From assembly GCA_017462545.1 (NCBI GenBank), contig JAFTQX010000001.1:2380-66379 (forward strand): DNA of 64,000 bases, given 5' to 3'. Shown in pieces: positions 1 to 8,613 of the stretch. The notes under the pieces are model-generated. The model was not told the origin of the DNA, searched no databases, and saw nothing but the letters and a program-made list of their open reading frames with translations. The stretch's first letter is position 1; each line of letters opens with the position of its first letter. Position numbers and translations under genes: made by a program. The stretch comes from Clostridia bacterium. GTDB lineage: Bacteria > Bacillota > Clostridia > Oscillospirales > CAG-272.

Positions 1-111
1 GACAGCGACGAGACAACCGACGCTACCTATCGTGTCATCGAATTGACCGAACAGGCACACGAGACGAGCTCGGCGCGTTACCGTGTGATCGGGGTAGAGG
101 AGATGAAATAG
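1..111 (+). CDS. 3' end of an unidentified CDS entering from upstream (...ARYRVIGVEEMK*)
   Basis: Frame 1 is open from base 1 to TAG at 109-111. Only 36 codons are visible and no motif is recognisable. Confidence 0.3.
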   Translation, partial: DSDETTDATYRVIELTEQAHETSSARYRVIGVEEMK

Positions 112-273
112 GACGAGGGATGTGTCGAAAATTTTATCGGAAAGGATATGCCGGCCGCTTGTTCTTCGGTAGGGGACGGCGCCACGACGTCCCGCAAGCA
201 AGCACCGGCGAAAAATAGAATGGCGCGAGAATCCATGTGATTCTAATGGCTTCCGTGCCGAAAAGAATAAAAA

Positions 274-315
274 ACAAGGCTTGCAAGGGTAATCCCTTGC
301 AAGCCTTGTTTTTTC
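274..315. terminator. Bidirectional intrinsic-terminator-like hairpin
   Basis: 16-bp perfect stem ACAAGGCTTGCAAGGG / CCCTTGCAAGCCTTGT with a 4-nt loop, an A-run before and a T-run after. Confidence 0.6.
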
Positions 316-364
316 TGTGCGGTTGTTTTGTGGGGGCGGGAGGTAAACGGCGGCGACACCCGAA

Positions 365-547
365 TGGGTGTCATTCTGAGCGGAGTGCCTTCACAAGATC
401 CTGCCACCTAACGGTGGCCCCCTACGGGGTTCGACTTCGGGCTACGCCCTGCGCTCAGGATGACAGTGTGAAGGCACACAGTCGAACCCGCAGGGCACCG
501 CTGTAGGCGGTGGAATCTTGCCGCCGAATGATCTGTTCCTGCGGCAA
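365..547. repeat. Densely structured non-coding element with four interleaved inverted-repeat pairs plus three local hairpins
   Basis: Pairs: A 370-382/452-464 (12/13), B 385-395/467-477 (11/11), C 427-436/480-489 (10/10), D 446-451/491-496. Local hairpins at 404-417, 496-512 and 518-547. Confidence 0.5.
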
Positions 548-552
548 CAAAA

Positions 553-616
553 CTTTTATCCATAAAGGTTTTTGAAGGTGCAGGAAACTTTTTTCAAAAA
601 GTTTCCGCAAATCTCC
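553..616 (-). repeat. Palindromic gene-3'-end element, type 1, copy C (reverse orientation)
   Basis: Core GGAAACTTTTTTCAAAAAGTTTCC at 583-606. The reverse complement aligns with copies at 29838 and 58378, including the tail CTTCAAAAACCTTTATGGATAAAAG. It lies 8 nt beyond the stop of the minus-strand ABC ATPase gene. Confidence 0.7.
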
Positions 617-624
617 TCCGCGTT

Positions 625-1200
625 CTACTCCATTTTCAGCAGCGAGGCACCGAGGGCGGCAATCTCCTCTTCATCGTGCGTGACAAGCACCACCGTTCTG
701 TTGTGTGCCATGCGGCGTACAACAGCCATGACCGAGAGGCGTGTTTCTTCATCCAGCCCTTTAAACGGCTCGTCCAGCAAAAGCAGCTCGCCCTCTGCCA
801 TCAGCGCGCGGGCAATGGTCACGCGGCGGCGCATGCCACCCGAAAGCTCACGCACGGGGCGGTCAAGATCGGTGGCAAGGCCAAGAGCTGAAAGGCATTC
901 CTCGATCGCGGCTCGCGGCGTTTTACGCGGTGCGGCAATGGCTACATTGACCACGGCCGAAAACTCGTCACACAGCCGATCCTCTTGAAACACCGCGCTG
1001 ATGCGCGGGGGCAGCCCCTCGATGATGCCGCCATCTGTCTTCTCTAACCCCAGCAGGATGCGCAGCAGGGTAGTCTTGCCACAGCCGGATTCCCCCATGA
1101 TACCAAAGACGCTGCCGGCGGGGATCTTGGCGGAAAAATCGGTCAATACCTGCTTTTCTCCAAACCGCTTGCAAAGATTCTTGATGATGATATCCTTCAT
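625..1200 (-). CDS. ABC transporter ATP-binding protein (nitrate/sulfonate/taurine-type, short form)
   Basis: 191 aa with Walker A GESGCGKTT, signature LSGGMRRRV, Walker B LLLLDEPF and H-loop VTHD. The start overlaps the permease stop (ATGA). Confidence 0.9.
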   Translation of the reverse strand: MKDIIIKNLCKRFGEKQVLTDFSAKIPAGSVFGIMGESGCGKTTLLRILLGLEKTDGGIIEGLPPRISAVFQEDRLCDEFSAVVNVAIAAPRKTPRAAIEECLSALGLATDLDRPVRELSGGMRRRVTIARALMAEGELLLLDEPFKGLDEETRLSVMAVVRRMAHNRTVVLVTHDEEEIAALGASLLKME

Positions 1201-1952
1201 TTCCGATACCCCCCAAGCACAAAGCGCAACAGCACCGTCAGCAGCTTTTCACACACCAAGCTGCCCAGCACGATGACCAAGGTCCAGGCAAAAAGCGCGG
1301 GTGTATCCAGATACAGCTTGGCGTGATACAGCTCGTTACCGATCGAGCCGTCCGGCATGCCGAACAGCTCGGCTGCGATGCCCGACTTCCACGCAAGCCC
1401 GATGGAGGTGGTTGCCGCTGCCAGCAACGCGGGGCGCACCTGCGGCACATAGATGCAGCGCAGCCGATCAAAAAAAGAAACGTGAAAGACCTGCGCCATC
1501 TCGTTTAACTGCCGATCGGTTGCCTGCAGGGCAACCAGCACACCGTTATACACAATGGGCAGCACGATCAAAAAGGCAATAAAGCCGGACAGCATGGCAG
1601 AGGACAGCCACAAGAGTGCCAGCACCACAAAGGAGGCAACCGGCACCGAGCGGATGGTAATCATATAGGGATACAGCAGCGTCTCGGCCAGTGGGAAACG
1701 AGCGGCTAAAACCGCCAGCAGACAGCCGAGCAAAAGTCCGGCAAAAAAACCGATTAGTACCCGACCAAGGCTGTAAAAAAAGATGGCGAAAAAGGAAAGC
1801 TCCCCAAGTAGCGAAACAAACCGTATTGCCACGTCAATGGGCGATGGCACGAAGACCTTTTCATCCACCAGCAGGGCAGCAGCCTGCCAGACAATAAGCG
1901 CAATGGCAAAGGCCAGCAGCCTTTGCCATTGCTTTTTGTTATTCCTTAACAT
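1197..1952 (-). CDS. ABC transporter permease (SsuC/TauC-like)
   Basis: 251 aa, multi-TM, overlapping both neighbours in an operon. The family is assigned from general sequence character. Confidence 0.8.
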   Translation of the reverse strand: MLRNNKKQWQRLLAFAIALIVWQAAALLVDEKVFVPSPIDVAIRFVSLLGELSFFAIFFYSLGRVLIGFFAGLLLGCLLAVLAARFPLAETLLYPYMITIRSVPVASFVVLALLWLSSAMLSGFIAFLIVLPIVYNGVLVALQATDRQLNEMAQVFHVSFFDRLRCIYVPQVRPALLAAATTSIGLAWKSGIAAELFGMPDGSIGNELYHAKLYLDTPALFAWTLVIVLGSLVCEKLLTVLLRFVLGGYRK

Positions 1953-2955
1953 AGTAGAAGCCGTCTGCCGGCAGGCTGCCGCCGATCGACTGCGGATTCT
2001 GATTGTAAAGCGTTGTCAGATAGCCGGTCAGGGCCGTCTTCATGTCTGCACCGGCAAGGAATGCCAGATTGCAGTTGGGAAGAGCTTTTTTCGCCAGCGG
2101 CACAGCATCCATAATGCCGTACTTGACCACCAGCTCGGCGGCGGCATCTGTCTCGGTCTTGGCGTAGTTGATCGAGGCCTCATATTCCGCAAGGAAAGCG
2201 GCAACAGCCTCCGGGTTCTTTTCTACAAATTCGGTACGCGCGACCAGCACGCCGGTGATAAACTGGCTGCCGTTGTTCAGCTTGTTCCACTCCTCATTGA
2301 GGCTCAGCGCAACACGAAGCCCCTCTACCTGCACCTGTGCTGCGGTGACAAACGGCTGCGGGATCATGGCAATGGCGTTTTCTTGTGCCTTGAGGAGAGG
2401 CAAAATTTCGGTGGCCTCATTCTTCCACTCGATATCCAGATCGGAAATCGACATCCCATTCTGCGAAAGGATATAGGAGAGGCCGTATTCGGGCGTTGTG
2501 CCCTTGCCTACGGCATAGATCTTTTTACCGGCAAGGTCGGTAAGCGACTGCACGCTGTCTCCCTTTTCTACAACATACACCACGCCAAGCGTGTTGACGG
2601 CCAGCACGGTGATGGCACCATCTGTTTTGCCGTATACGGTAGCGGCGGCATTAGCTGGCAGGGCTGCCATATCCAATTCCCCCTTGATGAGCTTGGGGGT
2701 GATCTCGTCAGCCTTGGTGTAGATGTTGAATTCATATTTGTTCTGCGAGGTGCCTGCGGCATTATCCTCCATCAGCTTGACAAGGCCGAGAGAGGTGGGA
2801 CCCTTCATACCGGCGGCGCGGATGGTCAGCTTTTCGGCGGGCGCATCGCCCCCTTCATTGCCGCCTGCATCCGGCGTCGTGCCGGCAGGGGCACAGGCAA
2901 CCAGCGTGAGGAGCAACATGCAAAGAACAAGGAGAAGTGCAAATAGTTCTTTCAT
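1939..2955 (-). CDS. ABC transporter substrate-binding lipoprotein (NMT1/THI5- or SsuA-like)
   Basis: Start moved to ATG 2955. MKELFALLLVLCMLLLTLVACAP is a lipoprotein signal with a lipobox Cys. First gene of the SBP-permease-ATPase operon. Confidence 0.7.
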   Translation of the reverse strand: MKELFALLLVLCMLLLTLVACAPAGTTPDAGGNEGGDAPAEKLTIRAAGMKGPTSLGLVKLMEDNAAGTSQNKYEFNIYTKADEITPKLIKGELDMAALPANAAATVYGKTDGAITVLAVNTLGVVYVVEKGDSVQSLTDLAGKKIYAVGKGTTPEYGLSYILSQNGMSISDLDIEWKNEATEILPLLKAQENAIAMIPQPFVTAAQVQVEGLRVALSLNEEWNKLNNGSQFITGVLVARTEFVEKNPEAVAAFLAEYEASINYAKTETDAAAELVVKYGIMDAVPLAKKALPNCNLAFLAGADMKTALTGYLTTLYNQNPQSIGGSLPADGFYYVKE

Positions 2956-3025
2956 GGTCTTTCTCTTTCCGACCGTTTTACACGGTCTTTTTGTTTTTTC
3001 GTTAATATTATAACAATGTAAACGC

Positions 3026-3054
3026 AAAAAGTTGGTTGCATATGCAACCAACTT
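3026..3054 (-). terminator. Perfect 26-nt palindrome after the Crp-family gene (terminator and/or operator of the ABC operon)
   Basis: AAGTTGGTTGCATATGCAACCAACTT at 3029-3054, 24 nt after the stop at 3078, followed by a T-run on the minus strand. Confidence 0.45.
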
Positions 3055-3077
3055 AAAGAGATTTTACAAGAATATGC

Positions 3078-3764
3078 TTAAAACAAGAGCTTGAAGCTGT
3101 TCCGATAAAACGCAATCATTCCTTCCCGCTGCATGGCTGACAACTCACGCGATAGCGCGGTGCGATTGACCCCAAGATACACGGCAAGGGCGGCGCGGTC
3201 GAAGGGGATCTGAAAGGTCTTTTGCCCGTTGCGGCGTTCACAGCCCGCAAAAAAGGTAAGCAGCTTATCCCGCAGGGTGATCTTGGAAAGGATCTGAATA
3301 CGCTCGTTCATCTCCAGCGTGCGAGAGGCCAGCATCGCGGTGAAACGAGAGAAAGTGGTATAGACAAACGGATCTGTACCGTGCTCACCGCGAAAGGGGG
3401 AGACATCCAGCCACAGCACCTCTGCCCCGTCAGCGGTCAGAATATACAAATGCGTGGCTACCCGCTGCAAATAACAAAGCGATTCGCCAAAGGTCTCGCC
3501 CGGCGTAACGCTCGCCATCATGACCTGATTGCCCTCTATATCGTCGGTATAGACCTGCACCGTACCTGCAAGCACCAGGCCAAAATGGGTAAGCGGCTCA
3601 CCCATACGGCAAAGATAGTCCCCCCGCGCGTAGAGACGGCGAGTGGCGGCCAGGAGAGATAACGTGCGTGCAAGTGTTGCATCCGGCAGATCGGCAAACA
3701 GCGGGGAACGGCGTAAAATCGGATAGTGCGCGGGCGAAAGTGCTTCGGGTTTTTCAGGCATCAC
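3078..3764 (-). CDS. Crp/Fnr family transcriptional regulator
   Basis: 228 aa with an N-terminal cNMP-binding-like beta-roll (GEPLTHFGLVLAGTVQVY...GETFGE) and a C-terminal HTH (LAVYLGVNRTALSRELSAMQREGMI). Confidence 0.85.
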   Translation of the reverse strand: MMPEKPEALSPAHYPILRRSPLFADLPDATLARTLSLLAATRRLYARGDYLCRMGEPLTHFGLVLAGTVQVYTDDIEGNQVMMASVTPGETFGESLCYLQRVATHLYILTADGAEVLWLDVSPFRGEHGTDPFVYTTFSRFTAMLASRTLEMNERIQILSKITLRDKLLTFFAGCERRNGQKTFQIPFDRAALAVYLGVNRTALSRELSAMQREGMIAFYRNSFKLLF

Positions 3765-3837
3765 GCGACCTCTCTTTCTTGGATATATCGATCACCGCAT
3801 CACGGAAATTTGTCTGCGCCCGAGCGACGGTATCCCA

Positions 3838-4590
3838 TTACTTGCCGTATTTTTCCATGAGCAGCGGCAGAGCTGCGGCGGCAGCCGCCGCCTTGGCCTT
3901 GGCACCGCTCCCACCCTGACCCCTGGCGATCAGCTCGTCATGGACATAGCAGGCAAAAACATAGGTGCGCTCATGCTCCGGGCCAAAATGCTCGATCTCC
4001 GAAAAGGAAAACGGCAGCTTGCGCGCCTGGCAAAATTCCTGCAGCGCGTTATAGGGGCTGGCTGCCTGACGCACGGCATTCTTTTTGAGATATTCCTCGG
4101 TATCCAGCAAGCGGCCGATCAGCTCGATCATCACACGCATATCCTTGCCGCAATCAAAATACACAGCACCGATGATGCTCTCAAAGAGATCCTCCATAAC
4201 CGAGGGCTGGTTGATGATGCCGCGGCTGGCATCCCCGCGCCCGACAAGCAGATATTTCTCCAGCCCCAGCTCACCGATCCTTTGGCTGAGCATGGTCTTG
4301 TTGGTCAGATTGCTCTTGATGACAGTAAAGCTGCCCTCATCCAGCTCGGTCGAGAGACCAAAGGCGGCACGATTTGAGCACTTTTCCATCAGGATGCTGA
4401 TGATGGCGGCAGAGAGCACACTATCCCCGCAGAACTCCAGCACCTCATTGCTCTGAATCTGTCGGTTGCCTGCCTGGCGTGCCTCATTGCAGTAGGATTT
4501 GCGCGTAAAGGCCTGACGCAAGAGAGACGGGTCTTTAAAATGATACCCGATGATCTCCTCTATTTCCTTGATCGCTTGCTGAAATTCCAT
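3838..4590 (-). CDS. rnc: Ribonuclease III family protein (divergent signature) with C-terminal dsRBD
   Basis: Start moved to ATG 4590 (MEFQQAIKEIEEIIGYHF). RNase III signature variant NEVLEFCGDSVL, second catalytic block MEDLFESIIGAVY, dsRBD-like tail and an Ala-rich C-terminus. Confidence 0.7.
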   Translation of the reverse strand: MEFQQAIKEIEEIIGYHFKDPSLLRQAFTRKSYCNEARQAGNRQIQSNEVLEFCGDSVLSAAIISILMEKCSNRAAFGLSTELDEGSFTVIKSNLTNKTMLSQRIGELGLEKYLLVGRGDASRGIINQPSVMEDLFESIIGAVYFDCGKDMRVMIELIGRLLDTEEYLKKNAVRQAASPYNALQEFCQARKLPFSFSEIEHFGPEHERTYVFACYVHDELIARGQGGSGAKAKAAAAAAALPLLMEKYGK

Positions 4591-4702
4591 CCGTTTCTCC
4601 TGCCGTCTTTTTTCTATATTATACCATGAGACGACAAGACCTGTCAAGGCGGGCAACCCGTAAAAAATGCAAGAAAAACCGAAAAAAACAGGAGAAAACG
4701 CA

Positions 4703-4731
4703 TTGACAACCCGATGTAAATGTGCTACTAT
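4703..4731 (+). promoter_or_regulatory. Sigma-A-type promoter for the GH28-like gene
   Basis: TTGACA 4703-4708, 17-nt spacer, TGcTACTAT with the -10 at 4726-4731. Confidence 0.5.
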
Positions 4732-4768
4732 GTACATGATTTTTCTATCACCGCAAAGGAGAAAAACC

Positions 4769-5845
4769 ATGAGCCAAGCCTTTCAGCGAAACGGCGCAGC
4801 CTACATCCGCGAGCAGCTTCGCGCGGCACGCGAGGGCGGTAAAAGCGAAGTCGTGATTTCCGGCAATTACGAGGTCGAGGATACGATCCTCCTCCCCTCA
4901 GACACCACGCTGATCCTGTCGGATTGCCACCTGCGCATGAGGGACGGCACCTTCTGCCAGATGTTCCGCAACGAGCACAGCACCCCCGGTGAGCGTCACG
5001 ATGGCAAGTGCCCCGATCGCAACATTCGTCTGCTTGGCCGCGGGCGTGCCATTTTAGACGGCGGCGAGTACAACGGCCTTTCCGAAAAGACGAGCGGCAA
5101 GGACGGTATGCCGTACATTGCGCAAAACAACATGGTTCTTTTCTGTAATGTAGAGGGCTTTGAGATCGGCGGTCTTTCAATACGAAACCAACGTTGGTGG
5201 GCACTCAACCACTATTTCTGCCGCCACGGCCATCTGCACGATCTGGAATTTATCTCCGACTACACCCGCATAGATGAAAACGGCAAGCGCGTGGTCGGGC
5301 TTGACCGCTCGCTCTACACGCAGACCTATATCAAAAACTCGGATGGCATTGACCTGCGCGCGGGCTGCCACGATATTCTTATTGAGAACATCACCGGCTT
5401 CACCGAGGATGACACTGTTGCCCTGACCGGTCTCTCTGGCAAGGGCGAGCGCGAGCTGTATCGCGCAGAGGGGCTTTCTACCGATATATACAATGTCATC
5501 ATCCGCAACATCCGCTCGGCGGCCTACTGCACGCAGGTGCGCCTTCTCAACCAAGGCGGCGTGCGGCTGTATAACATTCTTGTTGACGGCGTGACCGACG
5601 CCTCGCAGAACTGCCCTTACTATGTTGGGCGCGGCGTGGCGGGTGTGCGTATCGGTGACCTGCATCTATACGGGGAGCGGCACAGCACGAAGGACGAGAC
5701 CTTCAACATTGTGGTGCGTAATGTTTTTTCCCGCGCGGAGACCGCGCTGCGTCTGGCGGGTGCCATGACCGATTGCCATTTTGACGGCATTTACGGCTTT
5801 GACGGTTGCCCCTGCATCATTGATGACCAAACCATCAAGGAATAA
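4769..5845 (+). CDS. Right-handed beta-helix protein, glycoside hydrolase family 28-like (no signal peptide)
   Basis: Start moved to ATG 4769 (SD AAAGGAGA). NSDGIDL...ILIENITGFTEDDTVAL resembles the GH28 NTDGxD / GDDC blocks. 358 aa. Confidence 0.6.
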   Translation: MSQAFQRNGAAYIREQLRAAREGGKSEVVISGNYEVEDTILLPSDTTLILSDCHLRMRDGTFCQMFRNEHSTPGERHDGKCPDRNIRLLGRGRAILDGGEYNGLSEKTSGKDGMPYIAQNNMVLFCNVEGFEIGGLSIRNQRWWALNHYFCRHGHLHDLEFISDYTRIDENGKRVVGLDRSLYTQTYIKNSDGIDLRAGCHDILIENITGFTEDDTVALTGLSGKGERELYRAEGLSTDIYNVIIRNIRSAAYCTQVRLLNQGGVRLYNILVDGVTDASQNCPYYVGRGVAGVRIGDLHLYGERHSTKDETFNIVVRNVFSRAETALRLAGAMTDCHFDGIYGFDGCPCIIDDQTIKE

Positions 5846-5868
5846 TTTTTACAACGGAGAAATTCAGT

Positions 5869-6420
5869 ATGCCTTTTGATCTTTCTACCATTGACTGGGG
5901 CTTTGTCGGTATTCAATTGATCGGCTTTGTTGCCATGGGGCTTGGTATCGGTTCCTTTCAGGCAAAGCGCCGTACCACCATTCTCACCATACAGATCTCT
6001 GCCAGCGTGTTGTGGTGCCTACAGTTCTTTTTGCTCAACAGCCCTGCCGGGCTGATCAACAACGTGCTGGGCATTGCCCGCAACACCGTCTATTCCCAAA
6101 AGGAACGCTGGGTCTGGGTACGCTCTATCTTTGTACCCATCGGCTTTATGGCAGCCTTTGTGGCAGCGGGTATTTACACCTATACGCTGGAGGGGCTGAT
6201 CAGCCTGTTGCCTACGGTGGCCATGATCATTCAAACCGCCGCCTACTACATCACAAACGAGAAGATCCTTCGCATCTGCTCGCTCTTTGTTTCACCGCTT
6301 TGGCTGATCTACGATGCTATCCAGCTGTCTGCTGCCGGCGTGCTATGTGAATCCTTTACCATTATATCGATTATCATTGCCCTTATCCGTTACCGCGAAA
6401 AAAGGGAGAAGACGGTATGA
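5869..6420 (+). CDS. YgjV-like inner membrane protein
   Basis: 183 aa, about 5 TM, with overall resemblance to the YgjV family. A paralog lies at 52821-53357. The stop overlaps the next start (ATGA). Confidence 0.55.
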   Translation: MPFDLSTIDWGFVGIQLIGFVAMGLGIGSFQAKRRTTILTIQISASVLWCLQFFLLNSPAGLINNVLGIARNTVYSQKERWVWVRSIFVPIGFMAAFVAAGIYTYTLEGLISLLPTVAMIIQTAAYYITNEKILRICSLFVSPLWLIYDAIQLSAAGVLCESFTIISIIIALIRYREKREKTV

Positions 6421-7595
6421 ATTTTTCAAGATTGACGAGCTTTTTGCACCATCTGGTCGATGAGGTGCATATTCCTTCTGTTTGTATGCAGGTATACAAG
6501 GAGGGCGTACAGGTGTACAGCCACTCCTACGGCACACCGGAGGGGATGGAGGTCACGCCGGACACCACCTACAACCTCTACTCGGTTTCCAAGGTCATTA
6601 CTTGTACAGCCGCTTTGCAGCTGCTGGAGCAAGGAAAATACCTGCTCACAGACCCGCTGTATGACTATTTTCCGCAATTTCGCGAGATGTATGTCAAGTG
6701 CGGTGGGGGCGAGGATGTTGGCAATCGTGTCGCGCAGGGGGAGCGCATTTTGTATGAGGATGGCAAGACTGAGGTCGTGCCTGCCAAAAATCCCATCCTC
6801 ATTCGCGATCTGTTCAATATGTCGGCCGGCTTTAACTATAACTATAACGCTCCCGCTTTTCAAAAGATCCTTGCCGAGACGGGCGGCAGGTTTCCCACCC
6901 TGCGAATTGCCGACGCGCTGGCGGCCGAGCCGCTGGAATATGAGCCCGGCACGCGTTGGGGGTATAGCCTTGCCCACGACATGATCGGCGCGCTGATCGA
7001 AAGGATCAGCGGCATGTCATTTGGCGAATATCTGCAAAAGAACATTTTTGATCCGCTCGGGATGAAGAGTTTTACCTTCCACCGCAACGAGTCGGTGTAT
7101 GCCAATATGGCACCGCAGTATCTCTATAACTACGAGACCAAGCATCCCGAGCTTGGCACAAAGGAAAACCCCATGCTGATCGGTGAGGGGTTTGAAAGTG
7201 GCGGCGCGGGTCTTGTCGGCAGCGTGGCCGATTACGCCAAGTTTGCCAATGCGATGTCTCTCTTTGGTACGTCACCGCAGGGCGTGCGCATCCTATCGCG
7301 CGCAACGATCGATCTGATGCGTACGAATTTCCTGACGGCGGAAATGGCGCCGTATTTCAACTGGGAGCAGTTTGTTGGCTACGGCTACGGCCTTGGCGTG
7401 CGTACCCACGTCAGCCACGCAAAAAGCGGCGGTCTTTCCCCGCTTGGTGAATTCGGCTGGGGCGGCGCAGCCGGCGCATACGTGCTCATTGACCCGGATA
7501 ACCGCGTGGCCGCCGTTTACGGGCAGCACATGCGCAACAACCTGGAGCCATATGTGCATCCCCGCTTGCGGAATATCGTGTATGGGTGCTTGTGA
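6417..7595 (+). CDS. Serine hydrolase, beta-lactamase (class C/esterase) fold
   Basis: 392 aa with SxxK motif YSVSKVITCTAAL near the N-terminus. No signal peptide. Confidence 0.8.
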   Translation: MNFSRLTSFLHHLVDEVHIPSVCMQVYKEGVQVYSHSYGTPEGMEVTPDTTYNLYSVSKVITCTAALQLLEQGKYLLTDPLYDYFPQFREMYVKCGGGEDVGNRVAQGERILYEDGKTEVVPAKNPILIRDLFNMSAGFNYNYNAPAFQKILAETGGRFPTLRIADALAAEPLEYEPGTRWGYSLAHDMIGALIERISGMSFGEYLQKNIFDPLGMKSFTFHRNESVYANMAPQYLYNYETKHPELGTKENPMLIGEGFESGGAGLVGSVADYAKFANAMSLFGTSPQGVRILSRATIDLMRTNFLTAEMAPYFNWEQFVGYGYGLGVRTHVSHAKSGGLSPLGEFGWGGAAGAYVLIDPDNRVAAVYGQHMRNNLEPYVHPRLRNIVYGCL

Positions 7596-7606
7596 GACGG
7601 GGGAAG

Positions 7607-7667
7607 GCGAGAGGCTTTTTGAAAAAGCCCCTCGCGCTCCGCAAAAAAATTTACGGAATAAAAGGTT
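7607..7667 (+). repeat. Palindromic gene-3'-end element, type 2, copy D
   Basis: GCGAGAGGCTTTTTGAAAAAGCCCCTCGC (7607-7635) followed by GCTCCGCAAAAAAATTTACGGAATAAAAGG. It starts 12 nt after the stop at 7595. A near-copy in reverse lies at 57263-57317. Confidence 0.7.
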
Positions 7668-7715
7668 TTATCGCCGCAGCAATGAAACGAAAAATGTCGT
7701 TCACTTTCTGCCTCG

Positions 7716-7755
7716 ACCAAACAAGGCTTGCAAAAGGATGAAAGCCTTGTTTGGT
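7716..7755 (+). terminator. Hairpin (14-bp stem ACCAAACAAGGCTT / AAGCCTTGTTTGGT)
   Basis: 12-nt loop followed by TCTTT. The stem shares ACAAGGCTTGCAA with the hairpin at 274-315. Confidence 0.45.
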
Positions 7756-7785
7756 TCTTTAGAGGCAGCCATAAGAGCGTGGTGT

Positions 7786-7820
7786 AAACAGCCGATACGG
7801 GAAATCCGTATCGGCTGTTT
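7786..7820 (+). terminator. Intrinsic terminator-like hairpin
   Basis: 15-bp perfect stem AAACAGCCGATACGG / CCGTATCGGCTGTTT with loop GAAAT. Confidence 0.55.
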
Positions 7821-7846
7821 CTTGTCGGGCGCGCGCCCGATTTCTC

Positions 7847-7876
7847 TTGACAAGCAACCGCCGGTCATGATATAAT
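7847..7876 (+). promoter_or_regulatory. Sigma-A-type promoter for the HAD hydrolase operon
   Basis: TTGACA 7847-7852, 18-nt spacer, extended -10 TGaTATAAT (7868-7876). Confidence 0.55.
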
Positions 7877-7904
7877 AAAAGGGAAAAAGAAAGGCGGTGA
7901 CGCC

Positions 7905-8609
7905 ATGATCAAGACCATTTTGTGGGATATTGACGGCACGATTCTTGATTTTCTCGCGGCAGAAAAGGTAGCCATCCGTTCTCTGTTTGCCGAGCTTTCT
8001 CTCGGTGAATGCACCGACGAGATGATCTCGCGCTATTCCGCTATCAATAAAACATACTGGCGCATGCTGGAAGAGGGAAGGATGACTAAGCCCGAGATTC
8101 TCATTGGCCGCTTTCACGAGTTTTTTGAGGGGGAGGGCATCAAGACCGACGCCGATTATTTTAACAAAACCTATCAGGTGCGCCTTGGTGATACCATTGT
8201 ATTTATTGACCGCGCAGACGAGCTTTTGCGTGAGCTGAAGACGGCGGGGCTGCGGCAGTACGCCGTGACAAACGGCACGCGCGTGGCGCAGCGCAAAAAG
8301 TTGACAAACGCCAATCTGTGGGAGGTCTTTGACGGGGTGTTTATCTCGGATGAGATCGGGACAGAGAAGCCGAGCCGCGAATTTTTTGACCACGTCTTTT
8401 CCGAAATTGGTGACGCGAAACGAGAAGAGACCCTGATCGTGGGTGACTCGCCCTCCAGCGACATGCGTGGCGGCATCGCGGCGGGCATTCGTACCTGCTG
8501 GTACAATCCAAAAGGCGATCAGCTACCTGACGGTATGCGGGTAGATGCGGAAATAACAAATTTATGGGATGTGCGGGCGTTGCTTGCCGCCCTCCCGGAA
8601 CAGGAGTAA
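7905..8609 (+). CDS. HAD-IA family hydrolase (YjjG-like nucleotidase)
   Basis: 234 aa with motif I WDIDGTILDF and a C-terminal GDSPSSDMRGG block. Confidence 0.8.
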   Translation: MIKTILWDIDGTILDFLAAEKVAIRSLFAELSLGECTDEMISRYSAINKTYWRMLEEGRMTKPEILIGRFHEFFEGEGIKTDADYFNKTYQVRLGDTIVFIDRADELLRELKTAGLRQYAVTNGTRVAQRKKLTNANLWEVFDGVFISDEIGTEKPSREFFDHVFSEIGDAKREETLIVGDSPSSDMRGGIAAGIRTCWYNPKGDQLPDGMRVDAEITNLWDVRALLAALPEQE

Positions 8610-8613
8610 TCTT

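Noticed and set aside
120-218. 32-aa Arg-rich ORF (MCRKFYRKGYAGRLFFGRGRRHDVPQASTGEK) with a GAGGGA upstream.
   Set aside because: There is no second copy or any other evidence of selection. It is plausible but unsupported from this window alone.
237-506. 89-aa ORF across the structured element. The ORF starts at 572, 29259-29879 and 58175-58408 are related cases.
   Set aside because: These are translations of palindromic or inverted-repeat DNA. They lack an SD and overlap terminators and repeats.
2956-3025. TPP or other riboswitch upstream of the NMT1/THI5-like binding protein operon.
   Set aside because: The leader is only about 50-60 nt with one small hairpin (GACCGT-GTAAA-ACGGTC), and no conserved riboswitch core is recognisable.
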